41,941 bases of DNA from Clostridiaceae bacterium. Its GTDB lineage: Bacteria > Bacillota > Clostridia > CAYPLH01 > DUMO01. Positions 7,599 to 17,903 of this stretch are shown here, one piece after another (the first letter of the stretch is position 1; each line of letters opens with the position of its first letter). Location of the stretch: assembly GCA_012839865.1 (NCBI GenBank), contig DUMO01000012.1:1-41941 (forward strand). Direction: 5' to 3'. Both the position numbers and the translations under genes were made by a program. The notes below the pieces were generated by a model, which saw nothing but the letters and a program-made list of their open reading frames with translations, was not told the DNA's origin and did not search any database.

Positions 7599-10500
7599 CT
7601 AAAGCAATCCATACTCAGCCAATCTCTTGTATCTTTCAAATCTTTCCCCTGCATATTGGCCTGCCAGGTCAAACATATCATCTGCAACATCCGGGAATGT
7701 ATTCTTAAGCTGGGTATAGCGCACCTCTCCGTTAATAAAATCCTTAAAGCTGCTCTTAGGCTCTTTGGAATCAAGAATAAACGGATTTTTCCCTGCTTTC
7801 CGAAGGTCCGGATTATACCTGTATAGGTGCCAATAGCCTGCTTCTACAGCTTTCCGTTCTTCCATGATGCTAGTTCCCATACCGGTTTTTATTCCATGGC
7901 TGATACAAGGTGAGTATGCAATTATAAGGGACGGTCCTTTGTACTTTTCAGCTTCGATTATAGCCTTAATGGCCTGGTTCATATCCGCTCCAAGGGCTAT
8001 CTGGGCTACATAAACATAACCGTAGGACATGGCAATAAGCCCCAAATCCTTTTTCCTGACCTTTTTACCTGCAGCAGCCAGTTTGGCAACGGCAGCTGTC
8101 GGAGTGGATTTTGAACACTGCCCACCGGTATTTGAATACACTTCCGTATCCATAACAAATATGTTTACATCATCTCCGCCGGCAAGGACATGATCAAGGC
8201 CGCCAAAACCGATATCATATGCCCAACCGTCACCGCCTATTGCCCAGAAAGACCTTTTTACCAGATAATCTTTATTTCTCATGATTTCTTCAATGATGCT
8301 GTTTCCTGTATAATCATAATCCTTAAGCACATCCAGAATTCTCCTGGAAGCTTTCTTTGAGGCTTCTCCGTCATCTATTGAATCAATCCAGTCTTTAAAG
8401 GCTTCCTTGACTTTGGTGTCTTCAACTGTATGATAAGCCTGTGCAATTAACCCGGCAAGCTTCTCCCTTACCTGCTTTGCCCCTAAGAATAAGCCATACC
8501 CAAACTCTGCAGCATCCTCAAACAGCGGGTTTATCCAGGCAGGTCCCCTGCCTTCCGCATTGGTTGTATATGCAATTGATGGAGCGGAGGCTCCCCATAT
8601 GGATGAACAGCCTGTGGCGTTTGAAATTACCATCCTGTCACCAAACAACTGCGTAAGAAGCCTGATATACGGCGTCTCCCCGCATCCGGGACATGCTCCG
8701 TTAAATTCCAGCAAAGGCCGTACAAACTGGCTGCCCTTAAGTGTTCTGGTATCAATCAGTTCATCCTTTGATGCAACAGTCATGGCAAATTCCCAGTTTT
8801 CAGACTCCATCTCAATTTCCTGCTCTGCTGGTTTCATAATCAGTGCTTTTCCTTTCGCAGGGCATACGTCGGCGCAATTTGCACATCCGGTGCAATCCAG
8901 CGGAGCCACCTGAATACGGTATGTCAAGCCCTCAAGTCCTTTGCCTATGGCCTTTTTGGTCTTGAAGGTGTCGGGTTTTCGCTTCTCTTCCTCTTCGTTT
9001 AAAAGGAAAGGCCGAATGGTTGCATGGGGACAAACATAGGAGCACATGTTGCATTGAATACATTTGTCGATTTGCCATTCAGGAATCATTGGTGCTATGC
9101 CCCGCTTTTCGTAGGCTGTGGTACCCAATGGGAATGTCCCATCCTCCATACCCCTGAAAGCACTTACCGGTAATTCATCTCCCTCATGTCTGGCCATGGG
9201 TCTTTGAATGTTCTTTACAAAATCGGGCTCTCCCTTAACGGGCAATTCTTCATCCTTTGCATCTTTCCAGGAAGAAGGCACTTCCACCTTGATTAAGGCT
9301 TCAATTGCCTTGTCAACAGCCGCTATATTCATCTCCACAATATTTCGCCCTTTTTTACCGTACATTTTCTCTATTGAATTTTTAAGATAGCGAATAGCAT
9401 CTTCATAGGGGATAACATTTGCCAGTTTAAAGAAAACCGCCTGCATTACCATGTTGATCCTGTTGCCAAGTCCCACCTTTGAGGCTATCTCCATGGCATC
9501 GATAATATAAAAATTGATATTGTTCTCTGCAATATATCTTTTAATTGAGCCAGGCAGATTTACTTCCAATTCCTCCACTGTCCATGGACATGTAAGTACA
9601 AAGGTGCCGTCCTTCTTCAAACCCTTGAGAAGATCATACTGGTATATGAAAGCTTTATTATGACAAGCTATATAATCTGCATTATAGACAAGATATGGCG
9701 ACCTGATGGGATTTTTTCCAAACCTCAGATGCGAAATGGTAGTTCCTCCGGACTTCTTGCTGTCATAGGAAAAATATGCCTGCACATGCATTTCGGTATT
9801 GTCCCCGATAATTTTGATTGCGGTCTTGTTCGCTCCGATTGTTCCATCCGAACCAAGTCCCCAAAATTTACAGTTGATTGTGCCCTCCGGAGTCATGTCA
9901 ACTATATCTTCTTCGGGCAGTGATGTGAAAGTAACATCATCAGATATGCCTATTGTGAATCTGTCTTTTGGATTTTCTTTTTTAAGATTATTGAATACCG
10001 ACAGTATTTGGGACGGTCTTGTATCTTTTGAGGATAGCCCGTAACGCCCTCCTACTATAACCGGGATGTTTTCAGAACCTTTGAAAGCCTTGACAACATC
10101 GAGATACAACGGCTCCCCGGGTGCTCCGGGTTCCTTTGTCCTGTCCAGCGCCGCTATTTTTTTCACTGTTTTGGGAATGGCATTTAAAAAATGTGTTTCG
10201 GAAAAGGGTCTGTAAAGGCGTACCCTTACAACTCCTGTTTTTTCTCCCTTTGCGTTCAGATAGTCTACTGTTTCACATATGGTATCGCAGGCTGAGCCCA
10301 TGGCCACAATGACATATTCAGCATCCTCCGCTCCATAGTAATCAAACAGTTTGTATTTTCTCCCGGTTGCCTCTCCCAGGCTGTCCATGTATCCCTGAAC
10401 TATATCCGGAACTGCTGCATAGAAGGGGTTGGCGCTTTCCCTTTGTTGAAAATATATATCCGGATTCTGGGTAGTTCCTCTTACCACCGGGTGTTCCGGG

Positions 10501-11126
10501 CTTAAAGCCCTGTTTCTGAACTCCTCAACAGCTTTATGGTCCACAAGATTTTTAATCGTATCGTAATCAATTACACCTATTTTCTGATACTCGTGGGAGG
10601 TTCTAAAACCATCAAAGAAGTGAATAAACGGTATTCTTGACTTTATTGCCGACAGGTGTGCAATAACACCCAGATCCATTACTTCCTGGACATTGGATGA
10701 AGCAAGCATGGCCACACCAGTTTGCCGGCATGCCATCACATCCTGATGATCTCCGTATATGGACAGTGCATGGGTTGCTATAGCCCTCGCAGCTACATGG
10801 AGCACCCCCGGCAAAAGTTCACCTGCCATTTTGTAGAGACTCGGAATCATTAAAAGTAGTCCCTGGGATGCCGTATATGTTGACGCCAATGCCCCTGACT
10901 GCAGCGCACCTCTCATTGCCGCTGCTGCGCCTGCTTCCGACTGCATTTCAATAACTTTTACCGGCTGGCCGAATATATTTTGCTTTCCATGAGCAGACCA
11001 TTCATCTACTACCTCCGCCATCGGCGTTGACGGTGTTATCGGAAATATGGCTGCCACCTCGGTTAATGCATAGGATGCATAGGCCGCAGCCTGATTTCCG
11101 TCCATTGTTTCTTTTTTCATGTTCAT
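7599..11126 (-). CDS. nifJ: Pyruvate:ferredoxin/flavodoxin oxidoreductase (single-chain)
   Basis: DGNQAAA, FPITPS, EMQSEAGAA, 2x[4Fe-4S] motifs (CIQCNMC, CTGCANC), GACPGCGE, GGDGWAYDIG and TEVYSNTGGQ; 1175 aa. Confidence 0.97.
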   Translation of the reverse strand: MNMKKETMDGNQAAAYASYALTEVAAIFPITPSTPMAEVVDEWSAHGKQNIFGQPVKVIEMQSEAGAAAAMRGALQSGALASTYTASQGLLLMIPSLYKMAGELLPGVLHVAARAIATHALSIYGDHQDVMACRQTGVAMLASSNVQEVMDLGVIAHLSAIKSRIPFIHFFDGFRTSHEYQKIGVIDYDTIKNLVDHKAVEEFRNRALSPEHPVVRGTTQNPDIYFQQRESANPFYAAVPDIVQGYMDSLGEATGRKYKLFDYYGAEDAEYVIVAMGSACDTICETVDYLNAKGEKTGVVRVRLYRPFSETHFLNAIPKTVKKIAALDRTKEPGAPGEPLYLDVVKAFKGSENIPVIVGGRYGLSSKDTRPSQILSVFNNLKKENPKDRFTIGISDDVTFTSLPEEDIVDMTPEGTINCKFWGLGSDGTIGANKTAIKIIGDNTEMHVQAYFSYDSKKSGGTTISHLRFGKNPIRSPYLVYNADYIACHNKAFIYQYDLLKGLKKDGTFVLTCPWTVEELEVNLPGSIKRYIAENNINFYIIDAMEIASKVGLGNRINMVMQAVFFKLANVIPYEDAIRYLKNSIEKMYGKKGRNIVEMNIAAVDKAIEALIKVEVPSSWKDAKDEELPVKGEPDFVKNIQRPMARHEGDELPVSAFRGMEDGTFPLGTTAYEKRGIAPMIPEWQIDKCIQCNMCSYVCPHATIRPFLLNEEEEKRKPDTFKTKKAIGKGLEGLTYRIQVAPLDCTGCANCADVCPAKGKALIMKPAEQEIEMESENWEFAMTVASKDELIDTRTLKGSQFVRPLLEFNGACPGCGETPYIRLLTQLFGDRMVISNATGCSSIWGASAPSIAYTTNAEGRGPAWINPLFEDAAEFGYGLFLGAKQVREKLAGLIAQAYHTVEDTKVKEAFKDWIDSIDDGEASKKASRRILDVLKDYDYTGNSIIEEIMRNKDYLVKRSFWAIGGDGWAYDIGFGGLDHVLAGGDDVNIFVMDTEVYSNTGGQCSKSTPTAAVAKLAAAGKKVRKKDLGLIAMSYGYVYVAQIALGADMNQAIKAIIEAEKYKGPSLIIAYSPCISHGIKTGMGTSIMEERKAVEAGYWHLYRYNPDLRKAGKNPFILDSKEPKSSFKDFINGEVRYTQLKNTFPDVADDMFDLAGQYAGERFERYKRLAEYGLL

Positions 11127-11208
11127 AGATACTCACCTTGCTTCACTGATTTTACTGTTTAACGTTTGTATATTATTCCACGCATAAGCATTATAAATAC
11201 GAATAAAA

Positions 11209-11376
11209 TCAGTGAATAAGGATTCGGTTTTTGAACAGTTGCGGCTCCAGCAGATGGATTCCTCCGTTGTCGTCACCAAATATGATTAATCCGTCCGCCG
11301 TGTATGCAATCGGCCAGTTGTGAAATGCTCCCCGGTTCATATAAAAATTAGAGTTGCCGGCAAAATAGTTGATCAC
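11209..11376 (-). pseudogene. 55-codon ORF resembling a single terminal WD40/beta-propeller blade
   Basis: The GTG overlaps the cdr stop (GTGA). Translation: VINYFAGNSNFYMNRGAFHNWPIAYTADGLIIFGDDNGGIHLLEPQLFKNRILIH. The resemblance is by eye only. Confidence 0.35.
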
Positions 11377-13097
11377 TTAACCACTTGCGTATCCGGATCT
11401 ATGGAAACAGAAGAAGCTTCTCTGCCGGTATCGCCGCCGCTCTTTATTTCGAGATTAAAATTCAGGGCTGATGCGGTTCTATAACCGCCTGTTACATTAA
11501 ATACTTTAAACCCATGCTGGGCCAGGATTCGCTCTGCAAAGTAGCCCCGCAAACCAACCTGGCAGTATACGATTATAGTTTTGTCCTTGTCCAATTCATT
11601 CATCCGGCTTCTCAGGCTGTCAACCGGGATATTGATTGCTCCTTCAATATGGCCTTTCCCATACTCCACTTCGGTGCGGACATCAACCAGCATATAGCCG
11701 TCTTTATCCATGCCTTTGAATTCCTCCCATGTAATGACATGGGACCTTCCCATAAGCACATTTTGCGCAACAAAACCCGCCATATTAACTGGATCCTTTG
11801 CTGAGGAATAAGGCGGTGCATATGCTGTTTCAAGTTCAGTTAGATCATTTACAGTACCCTTTAAGCGGATAACCGTTGAAATAACATCAATTCTCTTGTC
11901 AACCCCGTCACGGCCAACACCCTGGGCGCCAAGTATTTTACCTTCATCATTGAAAATTAGTTTAAGGGTTATTGGTGTAGCTCCGGGATAATAGGAAGCA
12001 TGGGATGAAGGGTGAATTATAATTACCTTGTAGGGAATTCCTTTTGCCTTCAGGGCTTTTTCATTTGCTCCCGTACCGGCGGCAGTCAGTCCAAACACCT
12101 TGATTATGTTGGTTCCCTGAGAACCTTTATATCTTGAATCAAATCCGGCTGCATTGTCAGCGGCAATTCTTCCCTGCTTGTTTGCAGGTCCTGCGAGGGG
12201 TATGGCTGTTTTTGAACCGGTTACAAAATCAACCACCTCAACCGCATCACCAACCGCATAAACATCTTTCACATTTGTCTCCATTTTTTCATTTGCTAAA
12301 ATGTGTCCCCGTACACCGAGCTTTATCTCGCTGCCTTTCAGAAAATCCGTGTCCGGGACTACCCCGACAGCTAAAATTATAATATCTGCGATAAGCTTCC
12401 TGTTGCTGCTTAATGTGGCTTCCACCCTGTTACCGATACTTGCAAATGATTTAACACCATCATTCAAAATCAATTCAACCCCGTTACCGGCTAGTTCTTT
12501 TTCCACCAGTGCAACCATGTCCCGGTCCAGGAAGGCCAAAACATGGGGAGCCGCTTCCGTCAATGTGACATTTAAACCTCTTTCCCTCAGGTTTTCCGCC
12601 ATTTCAACTCCGATAAAACCACCGCCGATTACAATGGCATCGGCAACATCGTTTCTGTCCGCATAATGTTTGATTTTATCCGTATCATGAATATTTCTGA
12701 GGGTGAGTATTCTTTCATTGTCCACTCCCGGAATGTTTGGTACAAAAGCCTTTGAACCCGGTGAAAGAATAAGGTGATCATAGGATTCAACATATTCTCC
12801 CTTTTCTTTGCTTCTTACCGTTACACACTTCTTTTCAGTATCTATATTAATCACTTCACTGTTGGTTCGAACATCAATTGCGAATCTGCTCCTCATGGCA
12901 TCCGGAGTCTGAACCATGAGCCTGCTCCGTTCTTTTATGGTCCCGCCGATATAATAAGGCAACCCACAATTTGCATATGAAATATAATCACCACGCTCAA
13001 ACAAAATAATTTCCGCATGCTCGTCGAGCCTCCTGAGCCTTGCTGCAGCTGAAGCCCCGCCTGCCACACCGCCGACAATTACAACCTTTTTTTTCAT
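11373..13097 (-). CDS. cdr: CoA-disulfide reductase/NADH oxidase family flavoprotein with C-terminal rhodanese domain
   Basis: GGVAGG FAD motif, SYANCGLPY redox Cys, GGGFIG NAD motif, YAPPYS, and rhodanese YCQVGLRG. Start moved to ATG 13097 (RBS GGAGGTG). Confidence 0.93.
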   Translation of the reverse strand: MKKKVVIVGGVAGGASAAARLRRLDEHAEIILFERGDYISYANCGLPYYIGGTIKERSRLMVQTPDAMRSRFAIDVRTNSEVINIDTEKKCVTVRSKEKGEYVESYDHLILSPGSKAFVPNIPGVDNERILTLRNIHDTDKIKHYADRNDVADAIVIGGGFIGVEMAENLRERGLNVTLTEAAPHVLAFLDRDMVALVEKELAGNGVELILNDGVKSFASIGNRVEATLSSNRKLIADIIILAVGVVPDTDFLKGSEIKLGVRGHILANEKMETNVKDVYAVGDAVEVVDFVTGSKTAIPLAGPANKQGRIAADNAAGFDSRYKGSQGTNIIKVFGLTAAGTGANEKALKAKGIPYKVIIIHPSSHASYYPGATPITLKLIFNDEGKILGAQGVGRDGVDKRIDVISTVIRLKGTVNDLTELETAYAPPYSSAKDPVNMAGFVAQNVLMGRSHVITWEEFKGMDKDGYMLVDVRTEVEYGKGHIEGAINIPVDSLRSRMNELDKDKTIIVYCQVGLRGYFAERILAQHGFKVFNVTGGYRTASALNFNLEIKSGGDTGREASSVSIDPDTQVVK

Positions 13098-13435
13098 TGG
13101 ATACACCTCCGTTTTAATGGCAATATGACGTATATAGAATATTCCCCTTATATGTTTTTGGAAAACGTAAATCTTTACGCAACTTGATCTGCATTGTAAA
13201 CTTGAACAGTCCTGCAACTTGGATTTATTGTTCATTATGAGTGCAGAAAAATGCATCCTGTGCTTAAAATGTTAATGCCTACCACCTATTATACTATTAC
13301 TGGAATATAATGTCATTAACGTGTTATAATATTTTTATCCATGCTTGAGAAAGAATCATGCCAAACCGGCAAATGCCAGAAGAAGCAGATGCTTATCAAG
13401 TACTGTATACAATAATGATTAACGGAGGTAGCAAT

Positions 13436-14731
13436 TTGGCGGATATAGAAAAAACAAGCGAAAGCACAACCGGGTATAAAACAGAGCGCGCAATTTTGGT
13501 AGGTTTGGAGGTTGCCACAGGAAAAACGGCAACCGGAATCAGCGAACAGGAAAAATCTCTTGATGAATTGGAGGAGCTTTCAGCCACTGCAGGTGTCATG
13601 GTGGTGGGAAAGATTCTTCAAAAAAAGCAGAGTATCGATCCAGCCACTTTCATTGGCAGCGGCAAGCTTGAAGAATTGAACAGTATGTGTGCTGCCATGG
13701 AAGCTGATGTGGTTATTTTTGATGATGAGTTGACAGGTGCACAGATAAGAAATATAGAAAATAAAGTTGGTATCAAAGTAATTGACCGGACAGTGTTGAT
13801 TCTTGACATATTTGCAAAAAGAGCCCGCTCCAGGGAAGGTAAGCTCCAGGTGGAACTAGCCCAGCTAAAGTACAGACTTCCCAGGCTTACAGGTTTGGGT
13901 TCGGAGCTCTCCAGGCTTGGAGGAGGAATTGGTACCAGGGGTCCCGGGGAAACCAAGCTTGAAACCGACCGGCGCCATATCAGGCGTAGAATCAGCTACC
14001 TGGAAAATGAATTGAAAGAAGTTGACAAACAGCGCAACCTTTTGCGATCCGGGAAAAAAAGAAGCCAATTCCCTGTAATAGCTCTTGTGGGTTATACAAA
14101 TGCCGGCAAATCAACATTGATGAACCGCCTTTGTGATGCAGATGTATATGCTGATGATAAACTGTTTGCGACCCTGGATCCAACAACCAGGAAAATGACC
14201 CTGGATGAAGAAAAGACTATTCTTCTGGTGGATACAGTCGGGTTTATCCGCAAACTGCCCCATGAATTGATTAATGCGTTCAAGTCAACCCTTGATGAGG
14301 TGGTTTATGCTGATGCTTTGCTTCATGTGGTAGATGCATCTGATGCTGATTTTGAAAAACATATTGAAGTTGCAGACAACCTGTTAAAGAGTCTTGGTGT
14401 TCTAGAAAAACCTGCAATTACCGTGTTTAACAAAATTGATCTGGTTGACCGCACAAACTGGTCCATACCCTGGGAAAAAAGAGACAATTCAGTGGAAATA
14501 TCCGCTGCAACCGGGTTTGGCATAGAAACCTTGGTACAGAAAATAGTGGAACTGATTGAATCCGATGTTGCTGAACTGGATTTGCTTATTCCATACGAGA
14601 AAGGTAACATCGTAACTTATATCCACGAAAACGGAGCAATAACAAGCAAGGAATATACCGAAGAAGGTTTCAGGATAAAAGCCAGAATTGACAAAGACAA
14701 GTCAGGTATTCTGAAGGATTATTTAATTTAG
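13436..14731 (+). CDS. hflX: Ribosome-splitting GTPase HflX
   Basis: GIGTRGPGETKLE, GYTNAGKS, LFATLD, DTVGFI and NKID motifs. TTG start at 13436 after GGAGG. Confidence 0.96.
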   Translation: MADIEKTSESTTGYKTERAILVGLEVATGKTATGISEQEKSLDELEELSATAGVMVVGKILQKKQSIDPATFIGSGKLEELNSMCAAMEADVVIFDDELTGAQIRNIENKVGIKVIDRTVLILDIFAKRARSREGKLQVELAQLKYRLPRLTGLGSELSRLGGGIGTRGPGETKLETDRRHIRRRISYLENELKEVDKQRNLLRSGKKRSQFPVIALVGYTNAGKSTLMNRLCDADVYADDKLFATLDPTTRKMTLDEEKTILLVDTVGFIRKLPHELINAFKSTLDEVVYADALLHVVDASDADFEKHIEVADNLLKSLGVLEKPAITVFNKIDLVDRTNWSIPWEKRDNSVEISAATGFGIETLVQKIVELIESDVAELDLLIPYEKGNIVTYIHENGAITSKEYTEEGFRIKARIDKDKSGILKDYLI

Positions 14732-14761
14732 CAAATCAAGCATGCAATTTCTGCACTTAAA

Positions 14762-14793
14762 AAGGCCGGTTGAAGTATTTCCCAACCGGCCTT
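14762..14793. terminator. Probable bidirectional terminator between hflX and nagB
   Basis: AAGGCCGGTTG/CAACCGGCCTT perfect 11-bp inverted repeat between convergent genes. Confidence 0.7.
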
Positions 14794-14943
14794 CCCATTT
14801 ATAGCAAGATATTTTTTAATCTCAATATAGCGTATCCCCTGATTACCTCATGCCGGGAATAAAATTATCTTTTGCAATACACTCTTGTCCCGCCTTTTTA
14901 AAAGCAATGCAGCCGGAAATACGTTTAAGAACCTCACACCGCC

Positions 14944-15723
14944 TTACAGATTCTTAAGCTTCGATGCGGCATCCTTGTCCAATATAACGGTTATGTCTCC
15001 CTTGTAAATTTGTATTGCAGAGGCTGTAACTTCGTTGGTTACCGGCCCTTCCAAAGCCTTGGCAACAATATCTGCTTTCTTTGCACCATTTGCAAGCATT
15101 ATGGCGCTTCTGGCCTCAAGAATTGTCCCAATACCCATGGTAATTGCATAATGTGGCATTTCTTCCTTAGGTATTCCCGCAGCTTTATAAAATGCTTCAT
15201 AGTTGTCATCAATGGTTTGTTTTGTTAAAGCCTCCACCCTTGTCCTTGATGTAAAGGGTGACCCCGGTTCATTAAATCCCCAGTGGCCGTCCCCGCCGAT
15301 TCCAAGCACCTGAAGGTCAATTCCGCCCGCCTTTTTGATTTCCTCTTCATAAGCCTTGCAAAATTCTTCAGGGTTCTTAGTCAGTCCGTCTGGTATATGA
15401 GTATTTTCCAGCTTTATGTTTATATGTTTGAAGAGTTCCTCATACATAAATCTTGCATAGCTCTGATCCAGATGGTATGGTTTTGACAAATCCATTCCTA
15501 TACCCAGGTATTCGTCAAGGTTAAATGTCTTGACTCTTGAAAAATCAAGACCTTCTTCTTTATGAAGCCTGATTAACTCCCTATATGTTCCAATTGGAGT
15601 ACTTCCGGTGGCAAGACCAAGCACACAATCCGGTTTCCTTCGGATAAGGTCTGCAATTATGCCGGCTGCGTACTTACTCATTTCTTCATAATTTCCCTTA
15701 ACTACAATCTTCAATATTATCAC
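14944..15723 (-). CDS. nagB: Glucosamine-6-phosphate deaminase
   Basis: LGLATGSTP, FNLDEY, LGIGGDGHWGFNEPG, AITMGIGTI and ITASAIQ-like motifs. The start may be TTG at 15714. Confidence 0.95.
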   Translation of the reverse strand: MIILKIVVKGNYEEMSKYAAGIIADLIRRKPDCVLGLATGSTPIGTYRELIRLHKEEGLDFSRVKTFNLDEYLGIGMDLSKPYHLDQSYARFMYEELFKHINIKLENTHIPDGLTKNPEEFCKAYEEEIKKAGGIDLQVLGIGGDGHWGFNEPGSPFTSRTRVEALTKQTIDDNYEAFYKAAGIPKEEMPHYAITMGIGTILEARSAIMLANGAKKADIVAKALEGPVTNEVTASAIQIYKGDITVILDKDAASKLKNL

Positions 15724-15755
15724 CCCAAATGTATAAAGTTTTTTCCATACTCTCT

Positions 15756-15784
15756 ATATTAATTTCTAAAAATACTAATTGCAA
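15756..15784 (-). promoter_or_regulatory. Sigma-A promoter of nagB
   Basis: TTGCAA-N17-TAATAT upstream of the RBS. Confidence 0.5.
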
Positions 15785-15873
15785 GCCTTTGTAAGAGAAA
15801 AGTGCATTTTCCGGGATAAAAAAAGGTTAATCCCGGCACAAAGGCCTGCAGTAATTTCTTTTACCGAAATAAA

Positions 15874-15924
15874 AGGGGACGGTTTGTATCCGTCAAAGGA
15901 TGCTGCGGATAAAAACCGTCCTCT
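15874..15924. repeat. Inverted REP-like doublet (REPIN-like hairpin)
   Basis: AGGGGACGGTTTGTATCCG (15874-15892) and CGGATAAAAACCGTCCTCT (15906-15924) are 17/19 complementary with a 13-nt spacer; both carry the GGACGGTT core. Confidence 0.7.
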
Positions 15925-15957
15925 GTATATTTAAGAAAATAAGAACCATTATTTTAT

Positions 15958-17391
15958 TTATTTGCTTAAATACCTGCCTATAAAATCAGCGAAATCCCTG
16001 CTTATTTCAAATCTTTCTATGAATCCTATATTGGCATAATACATGGAGTCATAATATATACCGTTGCTGTTGTATATCCTGATTGTTACAGGGTCTGCCA
16101 ATGCATTCCCGGCATTACCCTGGTAGCTGGGTGCCACTTGTCCTGGACCTGTATTGCCCATATCCATAATGCCCTGGTGAGATCCGGCTGCAGGGGAATC
16201 ATTTGATACCGGGGCATCAGTTGAAGCTTGCGAATCACTCATTACCGGGGCGGTTCCTGAACCAGAGGAAGCGTTTGCCGCAGGTGTATCACTTCCAACC
16301 TGCGGGTAGCTCACTGCAGGGATATCCCATCCAACTTGTGGGTAGGTTGCTACAGTGGCATCTTTCCCAACCTGCGGAAAGTTCACTACAGGGGTATCTC
16401 CCGCACCAGTTTCCGCCTTATTGTCAATTATAAGGGGCAAGTCTTCTGCGGCATTGCCCGGATACGGTTCAACATCCATTGGCAGGTCTTTCCCGTATTC
16501 AATATAGTCCGGTGCCACAATTTCCCTGCCAACTACATCTTGCGGGTTTATTTTATCCGGTGCCATATTATCGTCAAGTTCAACTCTGCTGTTGGCAGAA
16601 CCGTTGCCCTTATAGTTGAACAGTATATTAAAATACTTGTCACTGGAATTTTTCAATACTGAATAAAGTTCATAGAAACGGGCAATTTCATCCCTGTCCG
16701 TAATTTCTCCCCTGATATCGGTTATGTTATTCAGCTTGCTATTTTCCGAATGCACTATAAACTGAATTTTCAAAATATCCCCGGCATTTTTAATGCCATA
16801 CAGCTTCAGGTATTCGACCGCATCCTCATCCTGGTTGTTGATATAGCTTTCAAAGGCATGGAACCTGAAAAGCCTGTACTCATTATCTTTTTTAACAGCA
16901 ACAATTGCTTCTCCCCCGGCAGGGACATAACTGTAAACTTCACTTCCTGTCAGGTTTTTATCGGGGCTGTTTGTAATATTCCCAATCTTTTCGCCTATAT
17001 CCCTTTCACTGACAGATGCCGGCAGGCCGTATTCCGCCCTCATGTCATCAGGGAGCAGTATATAGTGCCTGCCTCCAATTTGAAATTGGTCGACAATGGG
17101 AGCAACTGCGTCTTCTCCCCTGCCGCCGCCGGCATATCCGAGGTCGGTTGTCGTATTCTCCTGAGGCAATCCGGTATTATAATTTTCCTTCTGCATTCCA
17201 TAGACCAATAAACCTGCTGAAATCACAACCATCAAAGCCAATGCAGGAATCGCTTTTTTCAGGCTAAACAATTTCATAACATTTTCCTTCCTTCTGTCGG
17301 AGTAGTTTAATATATTATCCAGCATTCTCTTCTTTTCTGATTCACCTGGCCTGATTTTTTCAAAAGAATTCTTTAAATCTTCTTTTCTCAT
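15958..17391 (-). CDS. Putative membrane-anchored anti-sigma factor with large low-complexity extracytoplasmic insert
   Basis: 4-bp ATGA overlap with the upstream ECF sigma; short charged N-terminus, one TM helix (AIPALALMVVISAGLLVY), long Pro/Gly/Asp-rich C-terminal region. Confidence 0.7.
   Translation of the reverse strand: MRKEDLKNSFEKIRPGESEKKRMLDNILNYSDRRKENVMKLFSLKKAIPALALMVVISAGLLVYGMQKENYNTGLPQENTTTDLGYAGGGRGEDAVAPIVDQFQIGGRHYILLPDDMRAEYGLPASVSERDIGEKIGNITNSPDKNLTGSEVYSYVPAGGEAIVAVKKDNEYRLFRFHAFESYINNQDEDAVEYLKLYGIKNAGDILKIQFIVHSENSKLNNITDIRGEITDRDEIARFYELYSVLKNSSDKYFNILFNYKGNGSANSRVELDDNMAPDKINPQDVVGREIVAPDYIEYGKDLPMDVEPYPGNAAEDLPLIIDNKAETGAGDTPVVNFPQVGKDATVATYPQVGWDIPAVSYPQVGSDTPAANASSGSGTAPVMSDSQASTDAPVSNDSPAAGSHQGIMDMGNTGPGQVAPSYQGNAGNALADPVTIRIYNSNGIYYDSMYYANIGFIERFEISRDFADFIGRYLSK
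16285..16392 (-). repeat. Three in-frame 36-bp (12-aa) tandem repeats, (Y/F)PQVGxD motif
   Basis: Units 16285-16320, 16321-16356 and 16357-16392 encode ...NFPQVGKDATVATYPQVGWDIPAVSYPQVGSDT. Confidence 0.85.
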
Positions 17392-17879
17392 TTAGCATCG
17401 CCTTCCATTTCCATTTTCAAAAGCTTTCTTGCGGCATGAAGCCAGCCTCGTATAGTAGATGCTTTTTTTTTCAACAAGTTGGCTATTTCAACTGTGGAAT
17501 AGCCTTCATAATAGTATAAATACACAGCAGTCCTGTACTTCGGGGGAAGCGCCATAACCTTTTCAAGATTACTGTCCATGTCAAAGGGTTGCTCAACCGC
17601 CACATCCTCCATTTGATTAATGCTGATTCTTTTTGACCACCAATGTTTGAAATAATCCTTGCATAAATTTGCAGCTGTCCTGATAAGCCATGCCTTCTCA
17701 TGCTCCGGACTTTGAAAAACCGTATTGTCCTTCATGAGCCGCATAAATGTGTTTTGAACCATGTCCTCCGTATCCGGCCTGTTTTTCATGTACATGAAGC
17801 AAACGCGGTAGACGGTATCCACATGGCGGTTATACATCTCCAGCAGCTCTTCATTCGTACGCAATAAAGAACTTTTCAA
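17388..17879 (-). CDS. ECF-type RNA polymerase sigma factor (intact)
   Basis: Region 2 (EDMVQNTF, WLIRTAANLCKD) and region 4 (LPPKYR, YYYEGYSTVEIA, IRGWLHAAR). TTG start after AAAGGGGG. Confidence 0.92.
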   Translation of the reverse strand: MKSSLLRTNEELLEMYNRHVDTVYRVCFMYMKNRPDTEDMVQNTFMRLMKDNTVFQSPEHEKAWLIRTAANLCKDYFKHWWSKRISINQMEDVAVEQPFDMDSNLEKVMALPPKYRTAVYLYYYEGYSTVEIANLLKKKASTIRGWLHAARKLLKMEMEGDAK

Positions 17880-17903
17880 ATGGTTTCCCCCTTTCACCAG
17901 TAA

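Noticed and set aside
7599..11126. nifJ as the dedicated partner of the T-box-regulated ligase for reductive carboxylation
   Set aside because: It looks like a standard pyruvate-type PFOR, is separated by two opposite-strand genes and has no T-box; proximity alone is insufficient.
13098..13435. Longer ORF-track starts for cdr (13256) and hflX (13358); likewise 27719, 33185, 36577 and 38977 for other genes
   Set aside because: The extensions are non-homologous and lack RBSs; strong RBS-linked downstream starts were used instead.
15780..15850. Long interrupted inverted repeat overlapping the nagB -35
   Set aside because: Plausibly just a terminator-like structure; it lacks the REP core and there is nothing further to support a regulatory role.
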